Assembly (NCBI GenBank): GCA_964016885.1
Contig: OZ024747.1
Location: forward strand, 23,250,001 to 23,314,000
Direction of reading: 5' to 3'
Length of the DNA: 64,000 bases
DNA from: Eledone cirrhosa
Lineage: Eukaryota
Both the position numbers and the translations under genes were made by a program. The notes beneath the pieces are model-generated. The model saw only the letters and a list, made by a program, of their open reading frames with translations. It was not told where the DNA came from and searched no databases. Position 1 is the first letter of the stretch, and each line of letters opens with the position of its first letter. Shown here piece by piece: positions 40,314 through 54,600 of this stretch.

Positions 40314-42199
40314 TTCATTTTTTTTTTTGTTTTTGTTTACAAAGGTTAAGTATTCTACTTAAAGTTGTTATTTTGACATGTGGTGTGATGTCACTATTGT
40401 TAGACTTTTTGTTGTTCTTACTAATTACTTTGTATTTTGTTTCACTGCTTGTTTTGTGTTTTGACCAGTTTTATTTCTGTTGTGTTTGAGGTTTATCCTA
40501 ATCATTTTTTTTTTTTTGCAGTTTTGCTATTTAATCCTTTAGCATTTACATTATTCTGTATATACTATTGTATTTTTGTGGTAAATGGTTTATCTCACAT
40601 AATTATCTCACATAATATTGAATCTATGAGATTTTGATATTATTTATTTTGAGAACAATACCTTAACATCAGTATAAGTGGCCAGTTACGGCCAGTTTGA
40701 ACAGAAAAAGGGTTGAGAATTCTGGTCGGATATAGCCGGTTTAAATGCTAAAGAATTAAGTCATGTAGTTAGAACTGTATTTGTTATGTCCTTGTATAGT
40801 TTTGATGGTTTTTATGCTAATACAATTATTCTGTTTAATATGTGTTGCAGTATCTACTTTTGTTTTGCCTTGTGTATCTCAGTTTTTAGAAAAGGTACAC
40901 TATACCCTGTGTGTTGTAAGAGCTGACTAAAACGGTTGATGTCAGGATGGGTACTTGGGCTATTAAACATTGTCTCAAAAAGTCCTATCCATTTCATACC
41001 GGCATGGAAAAGTAGACATAAAACTGATGATGTTATTGCCAGACATGCCCTGATGAGTCCGACATATGTAGGTAGTCATTGAAACAAGTAAATATAATGC
41101 ACAGATCCATTGTTCCAGGTACACTTCTGTCTTGCACATGACCACACCTTGCACTCCTATATGCAATAGAAAATATATAATTGTTTCTACTTTTGGCACA
41201 AGGCCAGCAATTATCCCAGTGCATTACTGGTACTTTATTTTATTGACCCTGCGAGGATGAAAGGCGAAGTTAACCTTAGTGGGATGTGAACTCAGACCAT
41301 AAAGGGACGTAACTCTATGCTGGAAAGCATGGCATTCAACCCTCTAGCGATACTGCCAATCCACCGCAATAGAAAATGTCAACGTTGATGATAGTGTTGG
41401 TGAATTCTGCAAACTTTAATTTGGTCTTTTAGTGGAAATGATTCCACCAAACCTTTTTGAAGTTTGTGAATGTGTTTTGTTTTGTCTTATTTGTTGCTCT
41501 ATAGTGATGGTAGCTAGGTGTGAGGAACTGGAGAGAAATGAGTGTAGTTATATTGGTAAGAATTGTTTAAGATGTGAAAGAAATTTTAACAGAAATAATA
41601 TTGGATGTCCTTTTGTATTATCTGTATTGCTTTTGTATCCAGATATGGTTTCACTGAGACCATATTAGGGTTTACTAGTTGGGGTGTGTAACTTTGTGGG
41701 AGAATATATATATATATGTGAGATAAACCACAAACCCTTCATCTCAATTTTACTTTTGAAAAGCATAAGAACTGTGAAACTGGTAAAGGAAATTATTGAT
41801 TATTCTTAAAAAGACTCCAGTTACATTTTCGATTTCATTTCCTTATACTTTCACCCATGTAGGACATCTCATTTTTTATTTTTTATTTTGTTTTTTTTTA
41901 ATAAAAAAAACTTCATTTTCTTATATATATTATCATTATCATCATCATCACCATTTAACGTCCATTTTTGCTCCCTAATATGGGTTAGATGAGTGGTCTC
42001 GTTCTGAGATAAGCTAGATGACCATGTTTTGCTCATACAGAACTGATTTGTTTTGATTTCTGTAACTGGTCCCCTTCCTAATGCCAACCACATTTACAGT
42101 ATAGAGATTGGGTGCTTTTTATTGTGGCACCAAAACAACCACTTTACAGTGTTAACTGGGGGATGGGGTGGAGGATTATATATATATATATATTAGTAT

Positions 42200-42440
42200 A
42201 AAAAAGACAAAGGTCATGTGCACTTCACCAGTAGGGGAAGTGTATGTGGAGCCTGACATTTTCGTGAGAGAAAAAAGACTTGAGGTGGTGGACAGCTTTG
42301 TGTATCTCAGAAGAACACTTAGTAGAGATGGCACCCTCAATTCTGAAATAGATCACAGGATTGCGAAAGCGAATCTTGCCTTTGGGAAACTTGAGAAGCA
42401 AGTCTGGTCAAATTGGGGTATCACGAGAAACACAAAGTAT
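42200..42440 (+). mobile_element. RTE (BovB-like) LINE fragment
   Basis: KKTKVM...LEVVDSFVYL..TLSRDGTLNSEIDHRIAKANLAFGKL..VW. Confidence 0.75.
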
Positions 42441-42464
42441 GGTAACGAAAGGGTTAATACTTAC

Positions 42465-45400
42465 TTCAGTGGAACTTTGCTTAACCACTTCTTTATCAGT
42501 ATTAAAGGAATATTCTGATTTATCAGTTCTAGCAGAAAAACTTCTCAGTGGACTCTTTAGACATCTTTGCTTTCCTTTCTCCAAGATCGACCTTACTGGA
42601 TATTCCTATAAGTAAATGAAATTCAGAAATGTAACATTATTATAGGAGATGCCCACAGCAGAACAGTAAGGAAAATGAACCAAATAGAGTGCCTCTATAT
42701 GACCAGCCAACTTGCTAGAAATAACAGCCAAAATAACACCCTACTACAGATGTGGGGAAACTTTACATGTTGAAAGGCTGCATTAAGTTACTTGTAATAT
42801 AATATATTTGACATTTTGTTGAGGACATTATTCCCTAATTGGTTTCAGTCACTGGACTATGACCATCTTAGGTTATCGTCTTCAAGGATTCTAGTTGGTC
42901 ATATTGACCACAATGCTTATTTCACATTGGGACCTATTTTGTTGAACATAAATAAACACTTTTTGTTTATTTAGACCAGTGTAAAAGTAGATACACACAT
43001 ATACGCATGGGCTTCTGCACAGTTTCCATCTACTAAATTTCACTCACAAAGAATTGGTTATGGAAAGGTTGTAAAAAATACTTACCCAAGGTGCTGCTGC
43101 TTTGTGAGACTGAACCCAAACTCGCATGGCTGCAAAGCAAATTTCTTAACTACACAGCCATGCTTGTACTTATAGCAATCTATTTTTTAGTGTCAACTAT
43201 CATTAGAGAACATCTGTTGTAATTGATTCATGTAACTATGTATGTGAAACATTTGTTAGCCTTGCTTATATTGATATATGATAAAATAAATATATTTTCT
43301 TACATTTTTAAAACTCAATTGTTTCTAACATAGGCAATGGGCCATTGGTTTTTTTTTTTTTTTTTGTAGGTCTAATCGACCTCAATACTTTACTAGTATA
43401 TATTTTATTGACTCTGAAAGGCTGAAAGGCAAAGTGGATCTTGGGTGAATTTGAACTCAAAATGTACAAACCTGAAACTAATATCCAGTGCCCTAATGAT
43501 TCTGCCATATCAACTACTTTTTAACTAAATAAGTGTTTCTACTTTTGACACAAGGCCAGCAATTATCTCTGTGTATTACTGGTACTTTATTTTGTCGACC
43601 CTGTAAGGACGAAAGGTAAAGTTACCCTCGGCAGGATTTGAACTCACAGCCTTTGTATGCTTTTATAGACTTGTGAAGTCTATTTATGTAGTTAATGTTT
43701 GTTTTAGCTGTATCATTATCGTGTGATTACCATGAAAGTTCATATGAGATTATCAGACCAGGTTCATCTCTTATGCTTCAGTCATCAAAACATTGATGCG
43801 TTACATAAGCACAAAGCTGTAAATGTATAGTTAAAATTCAGTTTACCTGTAGGATGTTTGTAGTATTTTTGTGATGTTCTTTCTCATATTTCAGGTAATC
43901 TAGAAAAAACACGACAATAAAATATAAAAAAATATAAAATGTGTTCTATATAATCAAGCCTGCATAGTTAAGAAGTTCGCTTTAAATTCACTTCAGTCAT
44001 GATTAACCACCTTAACAATCTTGGCAGCCCTGCAAAGAGTTGATGAGTGCTGTTGTTTTCCCTCTAAGCCATAAATGATATATAAAAGAAAAGTTTATTT
44101 AGTTGCTGTATCTAATTGATGTTGCTGAACTCCTAGAAAAGATTCTTACTCTGTCAGTAACTCATGCCTGAAAAATATCTCCTATTGCAGTTATTTTAAC
44201 TCTTTCATTATCATATTTCCAATAAAAGACATTACATATGATTTTCAAATATTCAAGAATTTGGTTCATACATAGAATTATGATAGAAAAGATATAGTAA
44301 TACAACTTCTTTGTTATTAGTCTAATGTTTGAAACATAACTTTGCAAGGTTCTTACTTAAGAAGCCAGATTTTTAGACAACTATATACATTTTTGTTTCA
44401 TAGTGGCTTTGATTTCAGGTGGCTTGGCATCAAAAAGGTTAGTGGGGGGGGGGGGGGGTAACAGTTGCTATTTAACCTTAAGTAAGCTCAGATCAAGCAG
44501 ATCTGTTATAAAAGGCATGGGAGCCATGAGTGAGTAGTACATACACTGGACTATGTGACTTGTTTTTTGTGTTTATTTTAAGAGCATAATGTTTGATTTA
44601 ATGGGGGGTTTTTTTATTAGGACAAGTTGCTAGTAGTAATCAATGTTGATAGATGAAAAATGCTAGTATTCAATATAGAATCTAAATCAAATTGGTTGTC
44701 AACCTGTTCGGCAGCGTAAGAGGACTTTTTGAATTTATTTTCATCAAATGTTTTATTCATTTCATTATATAAACACATGGTAGACATAAACTACAGAGAA
44801 AGTCCATCATGTGTATGTATATGTGAGTTTGTGTGCATGTATTTGTGTGTAAAATAGTGCAGTGAGTTGTGTCACTTTACATGAAAATGTAACTTAGCCA
44901 TTACTCAATAAACAAGAATCAATGTAACATGTCTGAGGTTTGTACTTCAGTTTCAGATTTGAAGATTACATGTAATAATCATAGGCCATGTAAATAATTG
45001 TTTCTACTTTAGGCACAAGGCCAGCAATTACCCAGTGCATTACTGGTACTTTATTTTATCGACCCCGTAAGGATGAAAGGCAAAGTCAACCTCGGCGGGA
45101 TTTGAACTCAGATCGTAAAGGGACGTAACTATGCGTAAAATAGGCCATGTAAATAATAACTTTTGTTCAGTAAAAGTCTGTCTCCATGTGTTTTGAACTG
45201 CTGATAGAGTTGTAGAAGTGTTGTTATGTTATGCAGCATGTCATCAGCATTTAAAACCCCAAAACAGATGAAATGCAAAGTTGAATTCCCTTCTCTTTCC
45301 CAACAGGATTTGAACTTGAAATGTAAACAGACATAAGTAAATACCACAAAACATTTTGTCCAATGCTCAACCTATTCTGCTTTCATCTAAAATTAATGAA

Positions 45401-48400
45401 TTTGTAAAATATAAAAACTATTTTTTCAAATCAATGAATTGCAACAGAACTACAAATTACAACCATTACAAATCAATATACTGTGCTTGTTGGGGATCCT
45501 CCCCCACATACATTATATTGATTTAGGAGAGAGATAAGGAGATAGATATATTTCTTTATTAGCCACAGGGGCACAAAAGAAGGGGACAAATACAAAGGGG
45601 GAAGTTTACATACAATAAAAACGTGTAAAATGTTATCACAGATGGAATTTAAAAGTTAGTCGATTTTCCCCAATAGAGGGAGACAGTTTATATGGGTAAC
45701 AGATAAGGAGATAGATAGAGGACTGGTAATATATTTAGCAACATGGAAAAGATGAAAGACAAAATTGACCTCGGCAGAATTTGAACCCAAAGCACACAGA
45801 GCAGGGGAAAAAGCTGTTAATTATAATTGTTTCTATTTTTGGCACAAGGCCAGCAATTACCCAGTGCATTACTGGTACTTTATTTTATCGACCCCGTAAG
45901 GATGAAAGGCAAAGTTAACCTCGGCAGGATTTGAACTCAGACCATCAAGGACTGTAACTCTTTGTTGCAAAGCATGGTGTCTGACTTTCTACCGATACTG
46001 CCAATCCACCGGCTATTTATAGTGACCGCCAATTTATGTGGAAAAGGAGACTAAGCACACTTGTAGCACGAATTTAACAGTGTTTAAATGGTGTTTTTAA
46101 CTTAGGCTTAAAAGGAGATTGATTATTTCAGGTAATAATTGTTTCTACTTTCGGCACAAGGCCAACAATTACCCAGTGCATTACTGGTACTTTATTTTAT
46201 TGACCCCGTAAGGATGAAAGGCAAAGTTAACCTCGGCGGGATTTCAGGTAATAATTGTTTCTACTTTCGGCACAAGGCCAACAATTACCCAATGCATTAC
46301 TGGTACTTTATTTTATTGACCCCGTAAGGATGAAAGGCAAAGTCAACCTCGGCGGGATTTGAACTCAGATCGTAAAGGGACGTAACTATACTGCAAAGCA
46401 TGGCGTCCGACCCTCTACCGATACTGCCAATCCACCGTCTTTCAGGTAATAATGCAGGTGTTACAGTAATATTAATTTCTAATTAAGACACATGGCCATC
46501 ATATTTGGGGGAAGGGCAAAGTTGATTAAATCAACCCCAGTTCTTGACTGGTACTTTATTTTATTGACCCCAGAAGGATGAAAGGCAAAGTTGATCGCAG
46601 TGAGATTTGAACTCAGAATGTAAAAAGCCAGAACAAATATCATAATGGCATTTTGTCCAATGCTCTGCCAATTATGTCAATCCACTGCCCTTAGATACTG
46701 TAGAAATATTACAAGATAAAAATAGCTTTATTGAGAACAGATTAAGCTTACATGAAGCTCCTGGCTGAAAATTTAATTGGAGCTCTTGTGTGTTATTCAT
46801 GATGCGGAAAATAACAATTTGGCAACTCCTTTAAATATTGTGAGCCCTTGACCACAACCAAGTCAGTCCTATACCTCCCACCTCACCCAACAATCTGCCA
46901 CTGGTTGAGCTACTGAGCTAATAACATAACATAATAGTTTGACCATGAAATAGCTGATAAAATAAATTATACCTACTACGCATGTATTTTTGATCATTTT
47001 TATCTTATCATAGAAGTTTCAAAAGACTTTTTTCATAAATAAAACAAAATCCAATGAACAACTTTTATATGTACTAGCAGTGTATCCCGGCGTTGCACGG
47101 GTAAGAACATTGGTAGTAGCACCTCCAATGAGAAACGTTTATTTGTGAGTGCCTGTTAAAAACTCACGAAAATGTACCGACAGGAAACTTGTTTTATTTG
47201 GAGAAAATTAAGAAGTTGAAAATACAGTTTAGCTGTCTACGTGCATTGTTCATAGAAATATTGTTGAGCCCCTTCTTTTCATACTCCTCTGTTTTGGCCT
47301 ATTGGAGTAAATGTGAAAGAGAAAATCACAGGTTAAGTTGGCAGAAGGTTCCAGTGCAATAGCAGTAAGGCGTAGGCTACTTACCTCAAAAGTTCATTCG
47401 CACTCTTTCCACTAAGTTACCCTTTATCTCTATCCCTCTCGGTGCAGTCCCTTGCGAATTTCTCGCATAGGCCTGGTGTAGATTTGCACCTGATCCATCT
47501 GCCCGATGCACATGTCTGCTTTGTACGGCTTTTGGAGGAAGGAGTGACCAGCAGTACGTTGTTCGGTATTATTACGAAAAGGTGTAGCAGAGAATCCCAC
47601 GTGAACTAACAGCTCAGGAGGAAACTGCTTACCTCGAAGATTCATTTGCCATCGTTCTTGTCAATGCTCCGTTTAGTTGGTATTTGTTGGTCTACAGTTA
47701 GATGAATGGCGCACAAAGGGTTAATGTTTATTGGCAAGAAGTGGCAACTGGGCTGGCTTGCCTCGCTTATATTATATATTAAAATAACAGACTAAAGTTT
47801 AAGCAAAGAATCGCTGCTTTCATGCTTAACGGGATCTTCTGAAACTAAAAACATCAATCTGTGAACGCAGAAGTAAATATTTCTAAAAACATTGCCACCG
47901 AAGGAAAGCAGGCAGACGATACTTTGGTTCGTGAAGACGTTCCCTGGCAATGAATGGAAAATAGCGAACATAATATGTCATCAATGTTCGTCAGAATGTC
48001 GTAATGCAGACAGCCAGGCATACAGACAGATATTATAAGAGCACTACGGAGATGGATAACCGGCGCCTAACACGCCGTTAACAACAGAAAATTGAAAAAT
48101 AAGAGGAGCAGCTAATATCTTTAGACCGCAAGGAATATATAAATGCAAGTTTGAAGTCAATCGGAGTAGAAATGTGGATTTGTATAGACTTTGCAAAAAT
48201 GAGGACACACACACAGACAACAACAGTTTTACATATATATAGATGACAGTATTGGTGGAGGGTCGGACGCAATGCTTTGTAGCATAGAGTTATGGCCCTT
48301 ACAAACATCCTTTGATTTATTTTCTCATATTTAATTGTTATAAAAATCCTCTTTTGTTACCTTGGTTCTAGGATTAAAAAAAAAAATATCTAAAAACTAT

Positions 48401-51400
48401 CTAAAAGCACATGGTTGCAAAGTGAATTTCTCAAACATATAGCCAATCCTGTGTATAATTTATTAAAGAAGGAAACCTGGGTAGATTTTAACAAAAATGA
48501 GCAGTGTAGTTTCTCTTCATAGCCGGGGTAAAGGTGGCAATGGAGGTGGTTTGCCTTGACATTTTTATGGAGTGACACTTTTGAGTATATGGAGGAGAGG
48601 GTGGGATTCCCCTAATTGCTTACATTTTTGTTATGTAAATGCAATTAATCATAGAGAAAGCTGTTGGAGTTCTATGTAAAAATTATTGTTCAGTCGCTTT
48701 TAATAAAAGCAACGTTTGTCAGATTTAACAACATATTTTAAAAATTATCAATGACAAAAGTTAATGTCTTTTAACTTAATAACATTTGTAATTATAATTG
48801 GTCCATTTCCATTAATATTTGTCAGATTGGATATGTTATAGCTTGTTTTATTTAAGGGTTTATGGGTGTATGTGTTTACATGTGTGTATGCGTGTGAGTA
48901 TGTGTTTACATGTGTGTATGTGTGTGATATACACATATATGGATTGTATGAGCAAGACAAGGAAGATACTCTGATGTATTTTGTTTCAGACTTGTGATAG
49001 TCTCTCTGCTCCACCTAGGCTAACGTGGAAAACAGATTATGATTTTGATGTTGATGGTGTGTGTGTGTGTGTGTGTGCGTGGGTGTGTGCGTGCGTGTGT
49101 GCGTGTCTCTTTTTAGTATTCTAAAAATATGTCAGGAACCAATGAATTACATTGAAATAGCATCTAACAAGTACAAACAGGCTCTATTTAAGCTAGTTGA
49201 ACTATTTCTCTGATTTAATCATTAATCATAATAATTGTTTCTACTTTTGGCACAAGGCCAGCAAATATCCCAGTGTATTACTGGTACTTTATTTTATCGA
49301 CTCCGTAAGGATGAAAGGCAAAGTTAACCTCGGCGGGATTTGAATTCAGACCATAAAGGGCCGTAACTCTTTGCTGCAAAGCATGGTGTCCGACCCGCTA
49401 CCGATACTGGCAATCCACCACCCATTAATCATAATAATACACGTCATGTGTTTGTGTATACACATATATATATATATTGTGTATACACATATATATATAT
49501 ATTGTGTATACACATATATATATATATTGTGTATACACATATATATATAAGCTTGCATGCTCTGATGGAAAGAAACAAAGCTTGCATGCTCTGATGGATG
49601 TGTAATAGTAATATACGTGAACGGCAAAAAATAAACGAATTGAGAGTGAGACTGAGCATAAGAGGAATCAAATGCTGTGTGCAGGAGAGGAGGTTGTGAT
49701 ACGTATGAAGCATGACGGCTGCATAAAAAGGTGCAGAGCACTAAAAGTCGATGGAAGCCATGGAGTGGGGAGACCCAAGAAGACCTGGGACGAGGTTATA
49801 AAAGCTGACCTTGCCCAATTGCACTGCACTGCTCAAAGGCGATATTACAGGGCCGTGAACTCTGGTATCACACAGTACTACAGAAGACTCGACTTCCCAC
49901 GGGTACAATATGCCCCCACTCCCTACTGCAAAGTGGTCATGGAGGTGTCACAACAAAAAAGCACCCAGCCCACGCTGTAAAGTGGTTGTGTAGGCGCCAC
50001 AGAAAAAAAGCACCCAGCACTCATTGTAAATGAGGTTGGTGTTAGGAAGTGCATCCAGCTGTAGTAATCAAGCTAAAATCAGTTCCCGTGTGAGCAAGAC
50101 AAGGTCATCCGACCTGGCATTGCGCACAACAGGACAACCCGTCTAACCCGTCTAGAATGGACACAAAACAGTGATGATGATGATGACGATATATATATAT
50201 ATATATACAAAGGAAGTGTGGTAAGGAACCAGGTGGACCATAATGCACCAGAGTACTCGATACTTAGGGTAGTAGAGTGGGTAATAGGAAAAGAGTCAGG
50301 ACGGCTGAGCTCCGGCCGTTTCGATAAATGTTCATATATCCAGAAATCCTGCTATTGCAAGCAGGGAAAAGCAGACGTAAAATGATATATATATATGGCA
50401 TACCAATCCTGGACTCCAAACATTACCATATATATTCAAATGTAAGCCGATACAAATATATGCTGACCTCCCTATTTTATGTTTGAGAAATGGGCAAAAA
50501 TCCAAACTCTGTTTATAAGCTGAGGCAGCAAATCAACACCTTGTTTAGATGGTGTATATAATCAGACCCCTTTCATTTTACCATCAATGTTTTAGTTGCA
50601 TATTCCTTAGCTTATATTTGAGTAAATACAGTAAATGCAGTCAATGGTATTGTCATCAATATTGACTGAACTAGTCCACTAGTGAATAAATTGGCAGTAT
50701 TGGTAGAGCATCAGGCACCATGCTTTGCAGCATAGGAGTTATGGCCCTTTATTTTCTGAGTTCAAATCCCACCAGGCTAACTTTGCCTTTCATCTTAATG
50801 GGGTCAATAAATAAAGTACCAGTAATGCACTGGGGTAATTGCTGGCCTTGTGCCAAAAGTAGAAACAATTATTATTATTATCATTGGTGGTGGATTGGCA
50901 GTATCGGTAAAGCATCAGACACCATGCTTTTCAGCACCGAGTTATGGCCCCTTACGTTCTGAGTTCAAATCCTGACAAGGTTAGCTTTGCTTTTCATCCT
51001 TACGGGGTCAATAAAATAAAGTATCAGTATAGACAATATCATTATAGACAATATGCCCCCACACCCTCCCACTGCAAGGTGGTTGTGGAGGTGCCACGGC
51101 AAAAAAGCACCCAGCCCACACTGTAAAGTGGACGTGGAGGTGCCACGGAAAAAAGCACCCAGCACTCACTGTAAATGAGGTTGGTGTTAGGAAGGGCATC
51201 CAGCTGTGGAAACCAAGCCAAAATCAGTTCCTGTATGAGCAAGGCATGGTCAGCCGACCAGACACTGCCCACAACAGGACAACCCGTCTAACCCATGCTA
51301 GCATAGAAGAACGGACGTAAAACTGTGATGATGATGATCAGTAATGCACTGGGGTCAATTTAATCAACTAGCTTTGTTTGCGTTCAAGTTAAGACATAGT

Positions 51401-51646
51401 TTTGTATATAGATACACTAATCCAGGGGACCAATAGCGATAGAGTAACACACTAACTAATGTTTATACTAGTTATGCTATTGTCCAAAGTTTTTAATGTA
51501 AACAGTATCACAAATCTGCTTATTCTTTCCTTTTCTTTTACTTGTTTCAGGCAGTAGACTGGGGTCATGTTGGGTCACCACCTGATTTAGTTGATCATAT
51601 CGACCTCCACTACTTATTTGTTCAAGTCTGGTAACTTATTGTAGTG

Positions 51647-51698
<52 letters not shown>

Positions 51699-54600
51699 AA
51701 AATGAAGAAAATTACATTATCAACTTAAAAACATTTCAATAATCTGCAGACCTATATATAAACACAATCAAACCCTCTATCACTACAAGCTTACCATAGT
51801 CTTTCTGTTGTAGGTGTGACAAAATAAATTCTCCTAAGAACTGTTTGTTCTTAACAGTGTACTTCGCACTTTATTTGTCAATAGCAATATTTATCTCCTG
51901 ACATATCACAATATCATCTTAAATTACAGTTTTGCTTTATAAGCTAGACTCATGCTATAGTAATCAGTCTGCACATAAATTGTCTTGCCATCCAACTCTG
52001 TCTTTCTCCTGCTCTGTCTTTCTCTGATTCTACTCACTCATTCATTCCTAGTGACCTATTAAGTTTTATGTAACTCAGAATGACTCAATAATGTAATGTG
52101 ACCAACTTAGAAATACAAACATGAAGGACAACTTTTTATGCTGTTAGATTTATAATTATTTAAATTGATTACAGCATGTTATTGGTAATTTTTTTTTATC
52201 AATACTGTCTTTATATAAATATCTCAGGTTGTCATTACTCTCTCTCTTTCATGCACTTTAACATAATTACTACAATGTTCTTTTCACTCAAACCACTTAT
52301 GTTGCTATGAACAATTTTAAATACCATGCATTGACTATTAATTTACTGCTAATGTAATCATACATATTATTGCTAATGTAATCATACATATTATTAAAGC
52401 TTAAATTAAAATTTAAATGATGTGTTAATGTTTTTGATGTTTTTCCTACTTTCCACTACTCCAACCTCCACACTAACACACAGAAATACAAATTCTAAGT
52501 TATTTAAAACAGTGGTGTGTAACGTAATCATGCTTTGGTGAATATTGTAATTATTTGAAACTACAGGTTATTTTCATATATTTAATATTTGTCACTAATC
52601 AGTCACCCCTACTCATCATCACAAACACCTGTAACTTAACACCTATCTCCTACCCCTATTGTCCTGAGAGGGCTCTACAGTTGGGTCTATGACCAACAAC
52701 CTCTCTCTAGTGATGTTGCTACGAAAATGCTCCCGGTACACTCCATAAGGGTGGTTGGCAACAGGAATTGCACCTCACTGGAGAAAACATTCCTAAAAGG
52801 GTTGAGAGGACCCTTCAGTTATGTCAAACCCACAACAACCTCTTTAGTGCTGGTGATCTACACAATAAACACACCCAGTACATGCTGTAAAGTGGTTGGT
52901 GTTAGGAAGGGTATCCAGCCACAGAAAGCTTGCAAATGATAATTGTTTCTATTTTAGGCACAAGGCCAGCAATTACCCAGTACATTACTGGTACTTTATT
53001 TTATCGACCCCGTAAGGATGAAAGGTAAAGTTAACCTCGACGGGATTTGAACTCAGACCATAAAGGGACGTAACCATGCTAGAAAGCACGACGTCCAACC
53101 CTCTACCGATACTGCCAATTCACCGCTTGCAAATGATAATGACTGTACATAAGGGATACAGACCTCCCTGGCCTGTCTGAGATGACGGTTGCCTCACTTC
53201 AGTACTGGTTTGGTCTATGTAGATCTGTCCAACTCTTGCTAGCAAAGAAAGTGGACGTTAAATGATGATGACGATTTGTCATTTCTGGAGAAAATTTATC
53301 AAACATGTATGATGGCACCCTCAGCCTATAAAAATTCAAACAGACAGCAAATCTTTTCTCGCTTCATTTTGCTTGACTACGATGATGGTCATCTATGACT
53401 GTTCGCTCTTGCTGGCCAATTTTGGTCAACAAGACTGACAAGCCTGTCATGGCTCTTTTCACTCACACCCCTTAATTAGGGCTAACCTAAGATTAAGCAA
53501 CAATTTTTACAACTCACCTTTCTACCTCTTCCAACCTTCTGTTTGTTTCTTTCCCTAAACTTCACACTGCACCATGCACCTACAGCATGCCACACACATT
53601 CTTTTGTCCAATATGGCTGTATTTACTGACCAAAACTAGTTTGAATCCATGGAAAATAATACATTTCCAGCTTTTGAGTTAATGGTTTAATGAATAAAGT
53701 TATTGAAACTATGAACAATTTTAAATACCATACATTGACTATTATTTTACTGCTATGATTCAATGTAATCATACATATTATTGAGGCTTATAAATACTTA
53801 AAATCTAAATGTGTTAATGTTTTAGATATGTTTTTCCTACTTTCCACTACTCTAACTTCCACACTAACACACACATGTCTATTTTTGCTTCAAGCTGAAT
53901 GGTATTTTTACCTTGACTTTCTTGTCTTTGTAGATTCTGTTTTTGCTCTGATATTCCATTATTACCAAATATTTGGCTCTTGATATACTATAGAAATCCA
54001 GAAAACATTATTATTAATTTATTATGTAATTTAATAAAGAAAAAAATATATTTGTTATTAAGTTGTCAATGTTCCTGTTTTTGTCTCTCTTGATCTATTA
54101 GACACCAATTAACTATTTACTCACCTGTAATACATGAAATAAATTTCACTGTCTCCCAAATGTATCAGTGGCACCACTAGATTCTCTATAAGCTAATTCA
54201 TTTTTAGAATTACTTAAAATATAATTTATTACTTAGTCCTACTAAAGTCTATGATATAGGCCCTTTCATATTTGGAAAAATTTAGTGATATGCTTATTTT
54301 AAAACTCTGTCTTAGAATTATTAGAGATAGGAGTGGTCACGTCAAATATTCTTTACCTAGCTTTATTTTATCTAGCACCAAATCCACCAATAACATACAT
54401 TTCTGAAGATTCCTAACTTGATTGACAACTGAAGATGACATTTCAAGCTGTTTTTTTAAATGTCATCACACTGTACCTTTACAAGGTCCAGATATATCCT
54501 TCAGTGGAGCATGGCACTCATGTCTAAGATGGCACACTAACTTTGATGGCACACCAACGTTCATCATTGATAACTTTGATAATTTTGATAGGTTTTGGCC

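Noticed and set aside
41050-41095. CTGATGA...GAAAC..GTA hammerhead-like string
   Set aside because: Stem I and the stem II closing pair do not form.
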